From IMG/VR virus record IMGVR_UViG_3300034112_000721, positions 1 to 64,000 of that record: a stretch of DNA of 64,000 bases. One strand, 5' to 3'. Within the stretch, counting starts at the first letter, position 1. Each line of letters starts with the position of its first letter. The notes below the pieces were generated by a model. It was given only the letters and a program-made list of their open reading frames with translations, ran no database searches and was not told the origin of the DNA. This stretch comes from a virus. Made by a program: the position numbers and the translations under genes. Of the stretch, positions 1 through 9,451 are shown one piece after another.

Positions 1-257
1 TAATTGCACCAGACAGTGAGAATACTATGATACCTGAGAACATAATGAATAGCATTAGTTCTAAGTATCAAAAAGTATGTGTGTTGTTTGATAATGATGA
101 GGCTGGTATAAAAGCTGCTGAGAAGTATAAATCAAAATATGGTTTTGAGTATGTAGTGTTAGAACTTGAGAAGGATTTATCAGATTCTATTAAAACACAT
201 GGTGTAGATAAAGTAAGAGATAATCTTTTGCCATTATTAAAACAAACATTATTATGA
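1..257 (+). CDS. DNA primase, TOPRIM C-terminal part (5'-truncated by the window)
   Basis: Frame is open from base 3 (IAPDSENTMIPE...). It has the TOPRIM DxD motif VCVLFDNDEAG and the KDLSD motif typical of DnaG-like primase C-termini. Confidence 0.8.
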   Translation, partial: IAPDSENTMIPENIMNSISSKYQKVCVLFDNDEAGIKAAEKYKSKYGFEYVVLELEKDLSDSIKTHGVDKVRDNLLPLLKQTLL

Positions 258-679
258 GTTGGATATATCAAGGTAAAGAGTTTGATGACAAACAAATTCC
301 AGATGGAGCAGTAGGCTTTGTTTATATAATGTCTGCTATTATAGATGGAAAATCAGTTTTATATGTAGGTAAGAAAAACTTCTTTGCTAATGTCAAAAGA
401 CCTCTTGGCAAAAAAGCTCTGGCTATGTCTACAGATAAAAGATTAAAAAAGTACAAAAGAGAACTGAAACCTGACTTTATGAATTATTACAGTAGTAATA
501 AGATTCTTAAAGATGCTCACAAATCAGGAGTACCTATCAAAAGAGAAATTCTTAGGATATGTTATTCTCAGATGGAGCTTACTTATCAGGAGACTAAACA
601 TCAGTTTATCTATGAAGTACTTGAAAAACAAGAATTCCTAAATGGTAATATTTTAGGTAGGTTTTACAAATTCAAATAA
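254..679 (+). CDS. GIY-YIG-like endonuclease family protein
   Basis: GFVYIM...LYVGKK pair resembles the GIY...YIG motifs. Later YYSS, REIL, E and N residues fit the fold. Confidence 0.6.
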   Translation: MSWIYQGKEFDDKQIPDGAVGFVYIMSAIIDGKSVLYVGKKNFFANVKRPLGKKALAMSTDKRLKKYKRELKPDFMNYYSSNKILKDAHKSGVPIKREILRICYSQMELTYQETKHQFIYEVLEKQEFLNGNILGRFYKFK

Positions 680-681
680 TT

Positions 682-1077
682 ATGACAGAACAAGAATTAA
701 TGCAAACCTTGATCCAGTTAGCGGATCTGGGGGTTACTGGTATTAGAATAAGTTATGAAGGTGGAGGAGATAGTGGTTGTATAGAAGATATGATGTATAC
801 AGATAAAGAGGGTGTTTCACTTATTGAAGTTCAAAATTTATCTTGGGATTCTAAGAATCTAAGAAACTTAAGTAATGAACTTGCAAACAATATAGAAAAC
901 TTTACTACAGATACAATTCTTGATACCATAGAAGATTGGTGGAATAATGAGGGTGGTAGTGGTACATTATCTATACTAGTTCCTTCCGGAGAATATAATG
1001 TAGAAAACAACATTAGAAGAGTTGAGTATGATGAGTTTTTTCATGAAGGTAATTTATTTAGAAAAACAGAAGACTAA
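682..1077 (+). CDS. Conserved acidic phage protein (DUF6878-like)
   Basis: SYEGGGDSG and DWWNNEGGSG motifs, recalled from this family, which is usually adjacent to DUF6915. Confidence 0.55.
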   Translation: MTEQELMQTLIQLADLGVTGIRISYEGGGDSGCIEDMMYTDKEGVSLIEVQNLSWDSKNLRNLSNELANNIENFTTDTILDTIEDWWNNEGGSGTLSILVPSGEYNVENNIRRVEYDEFFHEGNLFRKTED

Positions 1078-1418
1078 TGTCACATCCTTGGCAACATGCA
1101 AAATCCTCTGCTAGAAAGTGGGGAGGTTTTCCAATTGATTACATAGAGATTCATAACTGGTTTGATGAAACTAAAGCTTGGATAGGACATAGTAAACATA
1201 GAATGTTCAGACACCACAGTGAAGGAATATTTGAATGTGAGAAAAAGTTTGGACCAAGTTTTGAAAATTCAGAAGGTAAAACTGTATACACAAGATATGT
1301 TGGAGAGCAACATGTAAAGGAAGATTGCAATGGTTATATTCCAAGTGCTAAAGAGTGGGTGGATAATATAAACACACCTACAGAATGGATGATAAAAACT
1401 TTAAAAATTGAAGACTGA
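1077..1418 (+). CDS. His-rich conserved phage protein (DUF6915-like)
   Basis: HPWQHAKSSARKWGG, IHNWFDETK, HRMFRHHSEGI and EQHVKED motifs. TAATG coupling to the upstream gene. Confidence 0.65.
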   Translation: MSHPWQHAKSSARKWGGFPIDYIEIHNWFDETKAWIGHSKHRMFRHHSEGIFECEKKFGPSFENSEGKTVYTRYVGEQHVKEDCNGYIPSAKEWVDNINTPTEWMIKTLKIED

Positions 1419-1843
1419 TGATTTTAACAAAAGAAGAAGTAAAGAATCTGATTGGAATGTTAAGATCTCCCGACAAGGATAATAGACTTGTAGCTTTTAA
1501 GATAATAGAAGATTTAGATCTTAAAAAGCATGTTGGGGAGATAATGGTAATGTATAAATATGGTGAGTATAATTTAGAAAGTTGGGAAGCTGACTGTAAA
1601 CCTGCTTATGAGTTTATAGTAAAGAGAATTGAGAACTTTAATGGAGATTGGGAAAGTAAACTTAGCTCTGGAGAAGTACTTTCACTAATGACAGCAAATA
1701 AATCTAGTAAGCAATCAATAGAATTATTCTTAGAATATTTTATTAGAGACATGACTAGGATGTTAGATGCTATGGGGTATCCTACAGACAAGTTTGAGTT
1801 AGACATAAAACTAAAAGAAGATGGACAAACAAAGAAGTCTTAG
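1418..1843 (+). CDS. Hypothetical helical protein
   Basis: 141-aa ORF, translationally coupled (TGATG). The N-terminal LxxMxxSxDxDNxxxAxxI motif is shared with ORF 4274-5506. Confidence 0.7.
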   Translation: MILTKEEVKNLIGMLRSPDKDNRLVAFKIIEDLDLKKHVGEIMVMYKYGEYNLESWEADCKPAYEFIVKRIENFNGDWESKLSSGEVLSLMTANKSSKQSIELFLEYFIRDMTRMLDAMGYPTDKFELDIKLKEDGQTKKS

Positions 1844-2999
1844 TAAGATTAGTAAGGAGCTAATGTTGAAAGAGCCCTATTATGGGTTCTTTCTCATTAT
1901 GCTCAATAAAGTATGGAGAAAAGATCTTCCTACTGCAGGTGTGAGTAAGAATGGTATCAACTTTCAGTTGGCCATTAATGAGGATTTTTGGACAAGCCTG
2001 AGTGAGATGCATCAAATGGGATTACTAAAGCATGAATTACTTCATATTGCTTTTGGTCATCTTACAAGCTTTAAGTCTTTTAAGAATAAAAGACTAGCAA
2101 ATGTGGCAATGGACATGGAGATCAATCAGTTTATAGATAAGGATTGGTTACCAGAGGGAGGAATAGATATAAATAACTATGAAGATCTAAATCTTGAAAG
2201 AAAAGCTGGTTGTAGATATTACTATGATAAGCTGAATCAGTTTCAAGATGAGAAGGATAAGAATGGTACATGTGGTAATGATGAGATGGATGAGTTACTT
2301 GACCAAGTAGCAAATGGAGAGGTGCCTGACCATAGTACATGGGAGGAGTTTGAAGATCTTAGTGAGGCTGAGCAGAAGCTAATAGAGAAACAGTTACAAA
2401 AAGTTTTAGCTGATGCTAAAGAACAGACTATCAAGAAGCGCGGAAATATTCCAGGTGAGATAGAAGGAGTAATTGTTGTTGAGGAAATAGTTCCACCTAA
2501 GTTTGATTGGCGGGGATATATTAGAAGATTTACTGGAGTGAGCACAAAAGTATTTACAAAGAAAATCCGCAGAAAAGAAAACAGAAGATATGAAGAGAAT
2601 CCAGGTCTGAAGATTAAGATGAGACAGCATATGTTGTTGGCTATTGATACTTCAGGTTCTGTAAGTGATTCTGAGCTACAAGAGTTTATGGGTGAGATTC
2701 ACCATATTTACAAAACAGGTGTAGATGTAACTATAATGCAGTGTGATACTAGCATTAGGTCTATTGAGCCCTATAAAGGTAAGAATGAAATAAATGTAGC
2801 AGGAAGAGGAGGAACAGAGTTTGATCCTGTCTTGGATTATTATAATGCTAATCAAAAGAAATATACTAGCCTGGTGTATTTTACTGATGGTGAGTGTTGT
2901 ACATCTGTAGTACCAAAAGGTAATGTCCTTTGGGTATTGTCAGAAAGATCACATATGAATGAAGATTTACCAGGTAGAGTAATTAAATTAGAATTATAA
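1821..2999 (+). CDS. Metallopeptidase-vWA domain protein (DUF2201-like)
   Basis: N-terminal HELLH zincin motif and NVAMDMEINQ. C-terminal vWA MIDAS IDTSGS, GRGGTEF and YFTDG. Confidence 0.9.
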   Translation: MDKQRSLSKISKELMLKEPYYGFFLIMLNKVWRKDLPTAGVSKNGINFQLAINEDFWTSLSEMHQMGLLKHELLHIAFGHLTSFKSFKNKRLANVAMDMEINQFIDKDWLPEGGIDINNYEDLNLERKAGCRYYYDKLNQFQDEKDKNGTCGNDEMDELLDQVANGEVPDHSTWEEFEDLSEAEQKLIEKQLQKVLADAKEQTIKKRGNIPGEIEGVIVVEEIVPPKFDWRGYIRRFTGVSTKVFTKKIRRKENRRYEENPGLKIKMRQHMLLAIDTSGSVSDSELQEFMGEIHHIYKTGVDVTIMQCDTSIRSIEPYKGKNEINVAGRGGTEFDPVLDYYNANQKKYTSLVYFTDGECCTSVVPKGNVLWVLSERSHMNEDLPGRVIKLEL

Positions 3000-3004
3000 A
3001 AATT

Positions 3005-4174
3005 ATGAATACAGTACAGTTAAACGTAGAAGAGTTAAAAGGATTTATCCGTCATATGGTTAAGAATAACCAGCATATTCAAGCTGAAGGTAAAGTACCT
3101 GTAGCAATTAACATAGAAGGTGATGCCGGTCTTGGTAAGACTTCTGCTATTATGCAGTTGGGTAAGGAGCTTGGTATGGATGTAGTAAAACTTAATCTAT
3201 CACAGATAGAAGAACTAGGTGACCTTGTTGGTTTTCCTGTTAAAGAATTTTTAGTAAAGAATCAGGAAGGTAAACAAAGATGGATAACTGAAGCTCAGAT
3301 ACAAGGAGCTCTTAAAGCGGGATATACTGTTGCTGATAAGAGAATGGCTCATGCTGCTCCTGAGTGGATTCAAGGTAAAGGTGAGGGTGGTTTCTTAGTA
3401 TTGGATGATTATACTCGTGCAGACCATAGATTTATGCAAGCTACTATGGAGATTTTAGATAGACAAGAATATGTTTCTTGGAAGCTACCTAAGAACTGGC
3501 ATGTTATCTTGACTACTAATCCAGACAATGGTGATTATAATGTTACTAGCTTGGATGTTGCTCAGAAGACTAGATTTATTTCTGTAGAGATGAAATATGA
3601 TTCTAATGTGTGGGCTAAGTGGGCTGAGACTGCAGGGATAGATGGTAGATGTATTAACTTTATGTTGATGAATCCAGAGCTTGTAACTCAAAGAGTTAAT
3701 CCAAGATCTATTACCACATTCTTTAATGCTATTAGTTCTATTGCTAAGTTTGAAGATGAACTACCTCTTATTCAGATGATTGGTGAGGGCTCTGTTGGAG
3801 CAGACTTTAGTTCTATGTTTACTATGTTTATCAATAATAAACTAGATAAGTTAATCTCTCCTGAAGATATCTTGACTAAGGATAAGGATTATGTAATGGG
3901 AGCTCTAACAAATGCAGTTGGTAAGGATGATAACTTTAGAGCAGATATCTCTAGTATTATTGCAACACGGGTAATTAACTATTCACTTGTTCAAGCTGAT
4001 AAAGGTACAATTAGTCCGGCAATAATTGACAGATTAGCAATTCTAACTACTGAATGTGATGCATTTACAAATGACCTTAGATATTATATGGTCAAAGAGA
4101 TAGTAAACGGAAACAAAGTTAAGTTTGCTAAGCTCATGCAGAATACTAATGTGGTGAAGATGGCTATCCAATAA
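3005..4174 (+). CDS. MoxR-type AAA+ ATPase
   Basis: Walker A GDAGLGKT, Walker B LVLDDYTR, sensor-1 TTNP, LDVAQKTRF and NPRS. Adjacent to the vWA gene. Confidence 0.9.
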   Translation: MNTVQLNVEELKGFIRHMVKNNQHIQAEGKVPVAINIEGDAGLGKTSAIMQLGKELGMDVVKLNLSQIEELGDLVGFPVKEFLVKNQEGKQRWITEAQIQGALKAGYTVADKRMAHAAPEWIQGKGEGGFLVLDDYTRADHRFMQATMEILDRQEYVSWKLPKNWHVILTTNPDNGDYNVTSLDVAQKTRFISVEMKYDSNVWAKWAETAGIDGRCINFMLMNPELVTQRVNPRSITTFFNAISSIAKFEDELPLIQMIGEGSVGADFSSMFTMFINNKLDKLISPEDILTKDKDYVMGALTNAVGKDDNFRADISSIIATRVINYSLVQADKGTISPAIIDRLAILTTECDAFTNDLRYYMVKEIVNGNKVKFAKLMQNTNVVKMAIQ

Positions 4175-4228
4175 AACAAAGGTGGGCAATCACCCCCTTT
4201 AAACAAACATTAATCTGATTAAAAACTA

Positions 4229-4262
4229 AGATAGGGGAAGGTAATACTTCCCCTAATCTTTA
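4229..4262 (+). terminator. Stem-loop, probable weak intrinsic terminator
   Basis: TAGGGGAAG-GTAATA-CTTCCCCTA perfect 9-bp stem followed by ATCTTT. A smaller hairpin lies at 4178-4200. Confidence 0.55.
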
Positions 4263-4273
4263 TAAATTAAACT

Positions 4274-5506
4274 ATGGAAAAATTTGTTCATATTGATTTG
4301 ACCAATGGGTCAGAGTATAATAACATACGTGGTTTTAATGTAGATATTATAGAAGGTCTTGAAGATTCAGTTTCTACATTTGTAAATTCAAAGGGATATG
4401 TTCCTACAAAGGGAGACACAATATATCTATTGCCGGGAGTTAATATCCCAAGAATGAAACTAAAAGACCTTGCACTAAATCTTGGTATCAGAGTAGTAAG
4501 AGATCCAGCTAAAGCTACTGTTGTATTCAGTGGTAAGAGTAGTGTGGGCAAACTTACTACATCTACATGGTATTATTTTGCTGATGCAAATACTATTCTT
4601 GAAAATGTAAAGAAACTTTGTAAAGATAATTATTACATTGACAAATTAGAAGTAGCAATATCAAACACAGGTGCTACAAGAGTTTGTTCAGGTTGGTCAG
4701 ACATGAGAAATACTCTGTGTAATGGGGATATGAGCATCTATGAAAGTCAATATATTTATGGTATTGAACCAGAGTATCAGGAAACATATGATGCTATTCA
4801 GGGTAAACCAATTTATTGTGAGTCAGAGTTGCTTACCAATATCAATGGTGATGATTCTACAATAATAGACTATGATGTATACCAGCAGCTAAAAAGTATG
4901 TTTGAAAGCTCTGATAATGACAATCACATCCTGGCTATGGAAATTATGGCTAACTCTCATTATGAGAACAGTGTGCTGTACTTACTGATGCTTATAAGTG
5001 ATTTTAGTGGTGTAATATCTAATACACATACTAAAAACCATGTGAACTTCAAGTCTATGCTTGCTTATTTTAATTGGGTTCCAAGACAAGTTAGTCATAT
5101 GAATGCTGATGATATAATCAAGATAATAGATGAAAAAGGTCTGTTAACTCTAGATATGATTAAGATATTGTATAAAGAGTATGCCAATGATATTCATAGA
5201 ATGATTTCATATGATGAGGTCTTTGAAATCAAGGAAGTTACTATTAAACAGGGCTATCTTGACAAACTTAATTTAACATCTCTTAACTTAATTGATCCTG
5301 AAGAACTTGAGGTCACAGATCCGGTAGATGAAATAGTTACTGATGAACTTATAGAAGCTGCAATAACTAATATTAAGAGAGATGAACTTAAGTCAGAGTT
5401 AATAGCTATTGAAGAAGAATTAAGTGCAGACCAGGGGACCCCTGAAGAAGAATCAAATAACAATCAAATAGAAAAAACAAATGGAGATGACTTTGAATGG
5501 TTCTGA
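4274..5506 (+). CDS. Hypothetical protein (possible BRCT-like N-terminal region, acidic C-terminal tail)
   Basis: 410-aa ORF. IYLLPGVNIPRMKLK...GIRVVRDPAKATVVF resembles a BRCT beta1-alpha1-beta2-beta3 pattern. It ends in acidic GDDFEWF. Confidence 0.6.
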   Translation: MEKFVHIDLTNGSEYNNIRGFNVDIIEGLEDSVSTFVNSKGYVPTKGDTIYLLPGVNIPRMKLKDLALNLGIRVVRDPAKATVVFSGKSSVGKLTTSTWYYFADANTILENVKKLCKDNYYIDKLEVAISNTGATRVCSGWSDMRNTLCNGDMSIYESQYIYGIEPEYQETYDAIQGKPIYCESELLTNINGDDSTIIDYDVYQQLKSMFESSDNDNHILAMEIMANSHYENSVLYLLMLISDFSGVISNTHTKNHVNFKSMLAYFNWVPRQVSHMNADDIIKIIDEKGLLTLDMIKILYKEYANDIHRMISYDEVFEIKEVTIKQGYLDKLNLTSLNLIDPEELEVTDPVDEIVTDELIEAAITNIKRDELKSELIAIEEELSADQGTPEEESNNNQIEKTNGDDFEWF

Positions 5507-6524
5507 GGAACTAGAAAAATTCTATAAAGAAAAGTTTTACTTTAGCTACTCTAGCATTAGTAAACTTCTTTATTCTCCGGTAGCATTCTATAATCATTAT
5601 GTGCTCAACAACAGAGAAGATAGTGTTGGCCCTCACCTGGTAGCAGGTAGGGTCATACACTGTCTCTTGTTTGAAGAGGATAAGTATGATGATTATTTTA
5701 CAAGCATGCCGGGAAAACTACCAACAGATAGTCAGAAGAAAATTATTGATAATATTTTCAAGACACACTTGACAATAGAAAATAATTCTCTATCTTTGGA
5801 GGACTACTCACAAGATATACTTACAGAGCTACTCACAGCTAATCTCTATCAAAATCTTACTGATGATAAAAAAGATAAGTCTATAACAGGAGATTCAAAA
5901 AGACTTGATAAGATACTCACAGAGGAAAACAAACAATACTTTAATTTTCTTAAAGAAGCCCGTGAAAAAACGGTAGTAGACCAACCTACTCTAGATGGCT
6001 GTAGAGCAAGTGTTGAAGTACTTAAGTCTAATAAAGACATAAGACAATTACTACAATTTGATAGGGCTAAAACAGATGATCACATAGAGGTGTATAGTGA
6101 GTTGCAGGTGCAGGTTGACGTGGATTATCTACCATATGGTTTTAAGGGTATAATAGATAATCTTGTGATAGATAGACAATCTAAAACAATATTTATCAAT
6201 GACCTTAAGACTACAGGTAAATCTTTACTAGAGTTTCCTGAGTCCGTGCAATATTATAAATATTGGATTCAAGCAATTGTATATGAGAAGCTTGTGTTTC
6301 ATAAGTTTCTAAAAGATTTACCAGATCTGGCAGAGTGGAAGTTGTACTTTACATTTATTGTAATAGATAAATACAACCAAGCTTATCCATTTCAAGTCTC
6401 AGCAGAGACAATGGCTATATGGCAGCAGGACTTTGATGACATAACTGATATGATTAAATATCATTATGAGAACAAGGACTACACACTACCATATGATTTA
6501 GTTTTTGGTAATGTAAAATTGTAA
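5481..6524 (+). CDS. PD-(D/E)XK exonuclease (RecE/DUF3799/Cas4-like)
   Basis: FSYSSISKL, GRVIHCLL, SE..., KGIIDNL, INDLKT and YWIQAIVY motifs. Confidence 0.85.
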   Translation: MEMTLNGSEELEKFYKEKFYFSYSSISKLLYSPVAFYNHYVLNNREDSVGPHLVAGRVIHCLLFEEDKYDDYFTSMPGKLPTDSQKKIIDNIFKTHLTIENNSLSLEDYSQDILTELLTANLYQNLTDDKKDKSITGDSKRLDKILTEENKQYFNFLKEAREKTVVDQPTLDGCRASVEVLKSNKDIRQLLQFDRAKTDDHIEVYSELQVQVDVDYLPYGFKGIIDNLVIDRQSKTIFINDLKTTGKSLLEFPESVQYYKYWIQAIVYEKLVFHKFLKDLPDLAEWKLYFTFIVIDKYNQAYPFQVSAETMAIWQQDFDDITDMIKYHYENKDYTLPYDLVFGNVKL

Positions 6525-6529
6525 GCTTT

Positions 6530-7093
6530 ATGGTAATAAATACACTTTATGTAAAATATTTTCAGAAGTCCAAGATATTTTTGTATCCGCTCTTGGGCAT
6601 TAAAAGAGGTAGTAGTGTTGTTCCAGTTGAAACATTTATCAGCTGGGGTGAGAAATATACTCCCGAGGATGCAAAGCTTATTTGTTTATATGATATAAGA
6701 GAGGACGCAGAGTATAGAAACTTTGAAAAAACAATCTTATTAAAGCATAATAGGCTACATGATTATATAGTTTATGAAAATCAAAGTGTATTTGTATTTG
6801 ATTTCCAGGATTTTAAGGAAGATTGGAATTATTTTGTAAATGGTAAGTACAGCAAACTAAAGGATAGTACAAAGGAAAGAATTCTTGGATTCTTTGAGAG
6901 GTATAGCGGCAATTATATTTATATATATAGTTATCTTTATCCTAATAAATGGTTTGAGAGATATGCTGAAATATTAAATGTGGATGTAAATCTGTTAAAA
7001 GAGGTGGGGGAACTTTGTAATATCCCTGATTTAGAGAAAGAATGTTTAGAAATAAAAGTTGCAGACTTGGAAAATATAAATATTCTAACTTAA
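6530..7093 (+). CDS. Hypothetical protein
   Basis: 187-aa ORF in operon order. FLYPLLGI and FVNGKYSKL motifs. Confidence 0.7.
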   Translation: MVINTLYVKYFQKSKIFLYPLLGIKRGSSVVPVETFISWGEKYTPEDAKLICLYDIREDAEYRNFEKTILLKHNRLHDYIVYENQSVFVFDFQDFKEDWNYFVNGKYSKLKDSTKERILGFFERYSGNYIYIYSYLYPNKWFERYAEILNVDVNLLKEVGELCNIPDLEKECLEIKVADLENINILT

Positions 7094-7117
7094 TTTGTAA
7101 AACTTAAATAACCAACA

Positions 7118-7474
7118 ATGAGTGAAAAATCAATGATGCTGGTACAGTCAAGCTGGCAAGAAAGTCAAACATTTAGATTAATTCCTATTAGTGAATCATG
7201 TCCCTATGTAGAATGTATATATGATCCGGGAACAAAAGTTTTTGTTATTATTTCAAAAACTACAAAAGTTACTTTGCACATGCTCCCTAAGTTAGATGAG
7301 TATGGTCAAGTAATTACTGGAACAAAAGGCACTAAACAAGAAAGACATAAGATTGAAGTCTTTCAAGAGTTCTATATTGAGGATGCAGTAGCAATAAAAG
7401 ATCTAATTCATATGTTTGCAGTTAATGCAGATACATTTGAATATGCATCTTTTATGACTGAATCTAAGAAATAA
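7118..7474 (+). CDS. Hypothetical protein
   Basis: 118-aa ORF with an A-rich leader, in operon order. Confidence 0.7.
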   Translation: MSEKSMMLVQSSWQESQTFRLIPISESCPYVECIYDPGTKVFVIISKTTKVTLHMLPKLDEYGQVITGTKGTKQERHKIEVFQEFYIEDAVAIKDLIHMFAVNADTFEYASFMTESKK

Positions 7475-7484
7475 GTAATTTAGG

Positions 7485-7517
7485 TCACTATGGGGTGGCT
7501 TAGGTTGCCCCATGTGA
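7485..7517 (+). promoter_or_regulatory. Long hairpin in the leader of the DNA polymerase gene
   Basis: TCAC-TATGGGGTGGC-TTAG-GTTGCCCCATGTGA stem using G-U pairs, with no U-tract. Confidence 0.45.
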
Positions 7518-7550
7518 TATTATACGGGGAAACAGCTTAACTGAATTAAC

Positions 7551-9449
7551 ATGAGACAACACTATGTAATGGACTATGAAACTCTCTCCAACTGCTTTAT
7601 TGGAGTATTTGAGGGAGTAAAATCTGAAGATCAAGAAATCTTTATTATCCATGAGTCTAAGAATGATATTCTAGAACTAGTAACATTTCTAGAAAGAAAC
7701 ATTGCTTATGATGAGTGGCATGTAAGTTTCAATGGTCTTGGGTTTGATAGCCAAATCACTGAGCACATTTTAAGAAATAAAGAACAACTATTAGAGCAAC
7801 CTGGCGGTAAAATTGCCAAGTTCATCTATAGAAAATCCCAGGACATTATAAACAGGAGTAACAATGGTGAGTTTCAGGAGTATTCTCCTAGAGACCTCAG
7901 CATTAGGCAGCTTGATGTTTATAAACTAAACCATTGGGATAACAATGCTAAGAGATCTAGTCTAAAGTGGATACAGTATACCATGGACTGGCATAACATT
8001 ATTGATATGCCTATTCATCATACTACTGAAGTTACAGCAGAACAAATACCTGAGATAATCAGATATTGTATTAATGATGTTCAGTCCACTAAGAAGATTA
8101 TGCATCTCTGTAAGGATCAAATAGACTTGCGTAGAACTTTGACAGATGAGTATGGAATAGATTTATATTCTGCATCTGAGCCAAGGATATCCAAAGAATT
8201 ATTCTTATTGTTTCTTAGTAAGCAGACTGGTATCAAGAAGTATGAGCTCCGCCAGATGAGAACTAACAGACTAAAAATTACTGTTAAAGATATCATACTA
8301 CCTTATATAGAATTTAAAACAGCTACCTTTCAGAATCTTCTGAAAAAGTTCCAGGATGTAGTTATATATCCCGGGGAAACAAAAGGTGGATTTAAATATT
8401 CTGTAAGGTATAAAGGTGTACAGACAGATTTTGGTTTGGGTGGTGTCCATGGTGCACGTTCTACTAAAGTATATGAGTCTAATGAGGAGATGATAATAAT
8501 GACGTCTGACGTTACTAGTTTTTATCCTAATCTTGCTATTAGAAATAAATGGGCACCTGCTCATTTACCAGAAGAAGAATTCTGCAATCTGTATGAGTGG
8601 TTCTTTGAGGAAAGAAAAAAGATTCCAAAGAAAGATCCTAGGAACTATGTGTATAAGATTATCTTAAATTCAACTTATGGGCTCAGTAATGATGAGAATA
8701 GTTTCTTGTATGACCCAGAGTTTACTATGAGAATTACCATTAATGGTCAGCTTAGTCTTACTATGTTGTATGAGATGATCTGTGAGGAAATACCAAATGC
8801 TGTTCCACTAATGCAGAATACAGATGGTTTGGAGACTATGATCCCTAGACACTATGTAGATAAGTATATGGAGATTTGTGAAAGATGGGAAAAGATTACC
8901 AATCTACAACTAGAGCACGACAAGTATTCTAAGATTATTTTGGGTGATGTAAATAATTACATTGCTATAACAGAAGATGGTAAGTCTAAGTGCAAGGGCC
9001 GTTTTGAGTTTGCTAATCTAGCAATGCACAAGAACAAAAGTTTCCTGGTTATTCCTAAAGCTATCCATGCATATTTTGTGGATGGAATTAAACCCGAGGA
9101 TTATATTAAATCTAACACAGATATATTTGATTTCTGTGGGGGTGTGAAGATTAAAGGAGACTGGAGCTTTTATCAACACAAGATTGTTGATGGTGAATAT
9201 TTAGTTGAAAAACTGCAGCACACTATCAGGTATTTTATTTCTACCAAAGGAACCAAAGTTATTAAAAAGAATAACACCGATGGTAGAGAGATACAGATAG
9301 AAGCAGGTAAGTGGATGCAATCTTTAATGATTGATTATGTAGAAAAACCATTTACTGAATATGATATTAACTATGATTATTATTTGGACAAGATCAATAA
9401 AGAGATAAGAGATCTTGAGCCTATTGTAACACAACTTAGTTTATTTTAA
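7551..9449 (+). CDS. Family B DNA polymerase with 3'-5' exonuclease
   Basis: ExoI VMDYET, ExoII FNGLGFD, ExoIII YCINDV. Motif A SDVTSFYPN, motif B YKIILNSTYG, motif C NTDG. C-terminal QLSLF. Confidence 0.95.
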   Translation: MRQHYVMDYETLSNCFIGVFEGVKSEDQEIFIIHESKNDILELVTFLERNIAYDEWHVSFNGLGFDSQITEHILRNKEQLLEQPGGKIAKFIYRKSQDIINRSNNGEFQEYSPRDLSIRQLDVYKLNHWDNNAKRSSLKWIQYTMDWHNIIDMPIHHTTEVTAEQIPEIIRYCINDVQSTKKIMHLCKDQIDLRRTLTDEYGIDLYSASEPRISKELFLLFLSKQTGIKKYELRQMRTNRLKITVKDIILPYIEFKTATFQNLLKKFQDVVIYPGETKGGFKYSVRYKGVQTDFGLGGVHGARSTKVYESNEEMIIMTSDVTSFYPNLAIRNKWAPAHLPEEEFCNLYEWFFEERKKIPKKDPRNYVYKIILNSTYGLSNDENSFLYDPEFTMRITINGQLSLTMLYEMICEEIPNAVPLMQNTDGLETMIPRHYVDKYMEICERWEKITNLQLEHDKYSKIILGDVNNYIAITEDGKSKCKGRFEFANLAMHKNKSFLVIPKAIHAYFVDGIKPEDYIKSNTDIFDFCGGVKIKGDWSFYQHKIVDGEYLVEKLQHTIRYFISTKGTKVIKKNNTDGREIQIEAGKWMQSLMIDYVEKPFTEYDINYDYYLDKINKEIRDLEPIVTQLSLF

Positions 9450-9451
9450 TT

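Noticed and set aside
4175-4273. tRNA or other structured ncRNA in intergenic gaps
   Set aside because: The gaps are short and explained by simple hairpins. No cloverleaf or T-loop consensus found.
5481-6524. Cas4 or CRISPR system
   Set aside because: No Fe-S cysteine set, no other cas genes and no repeat-spacer array seen. It fits a phage recombination exonuclease.
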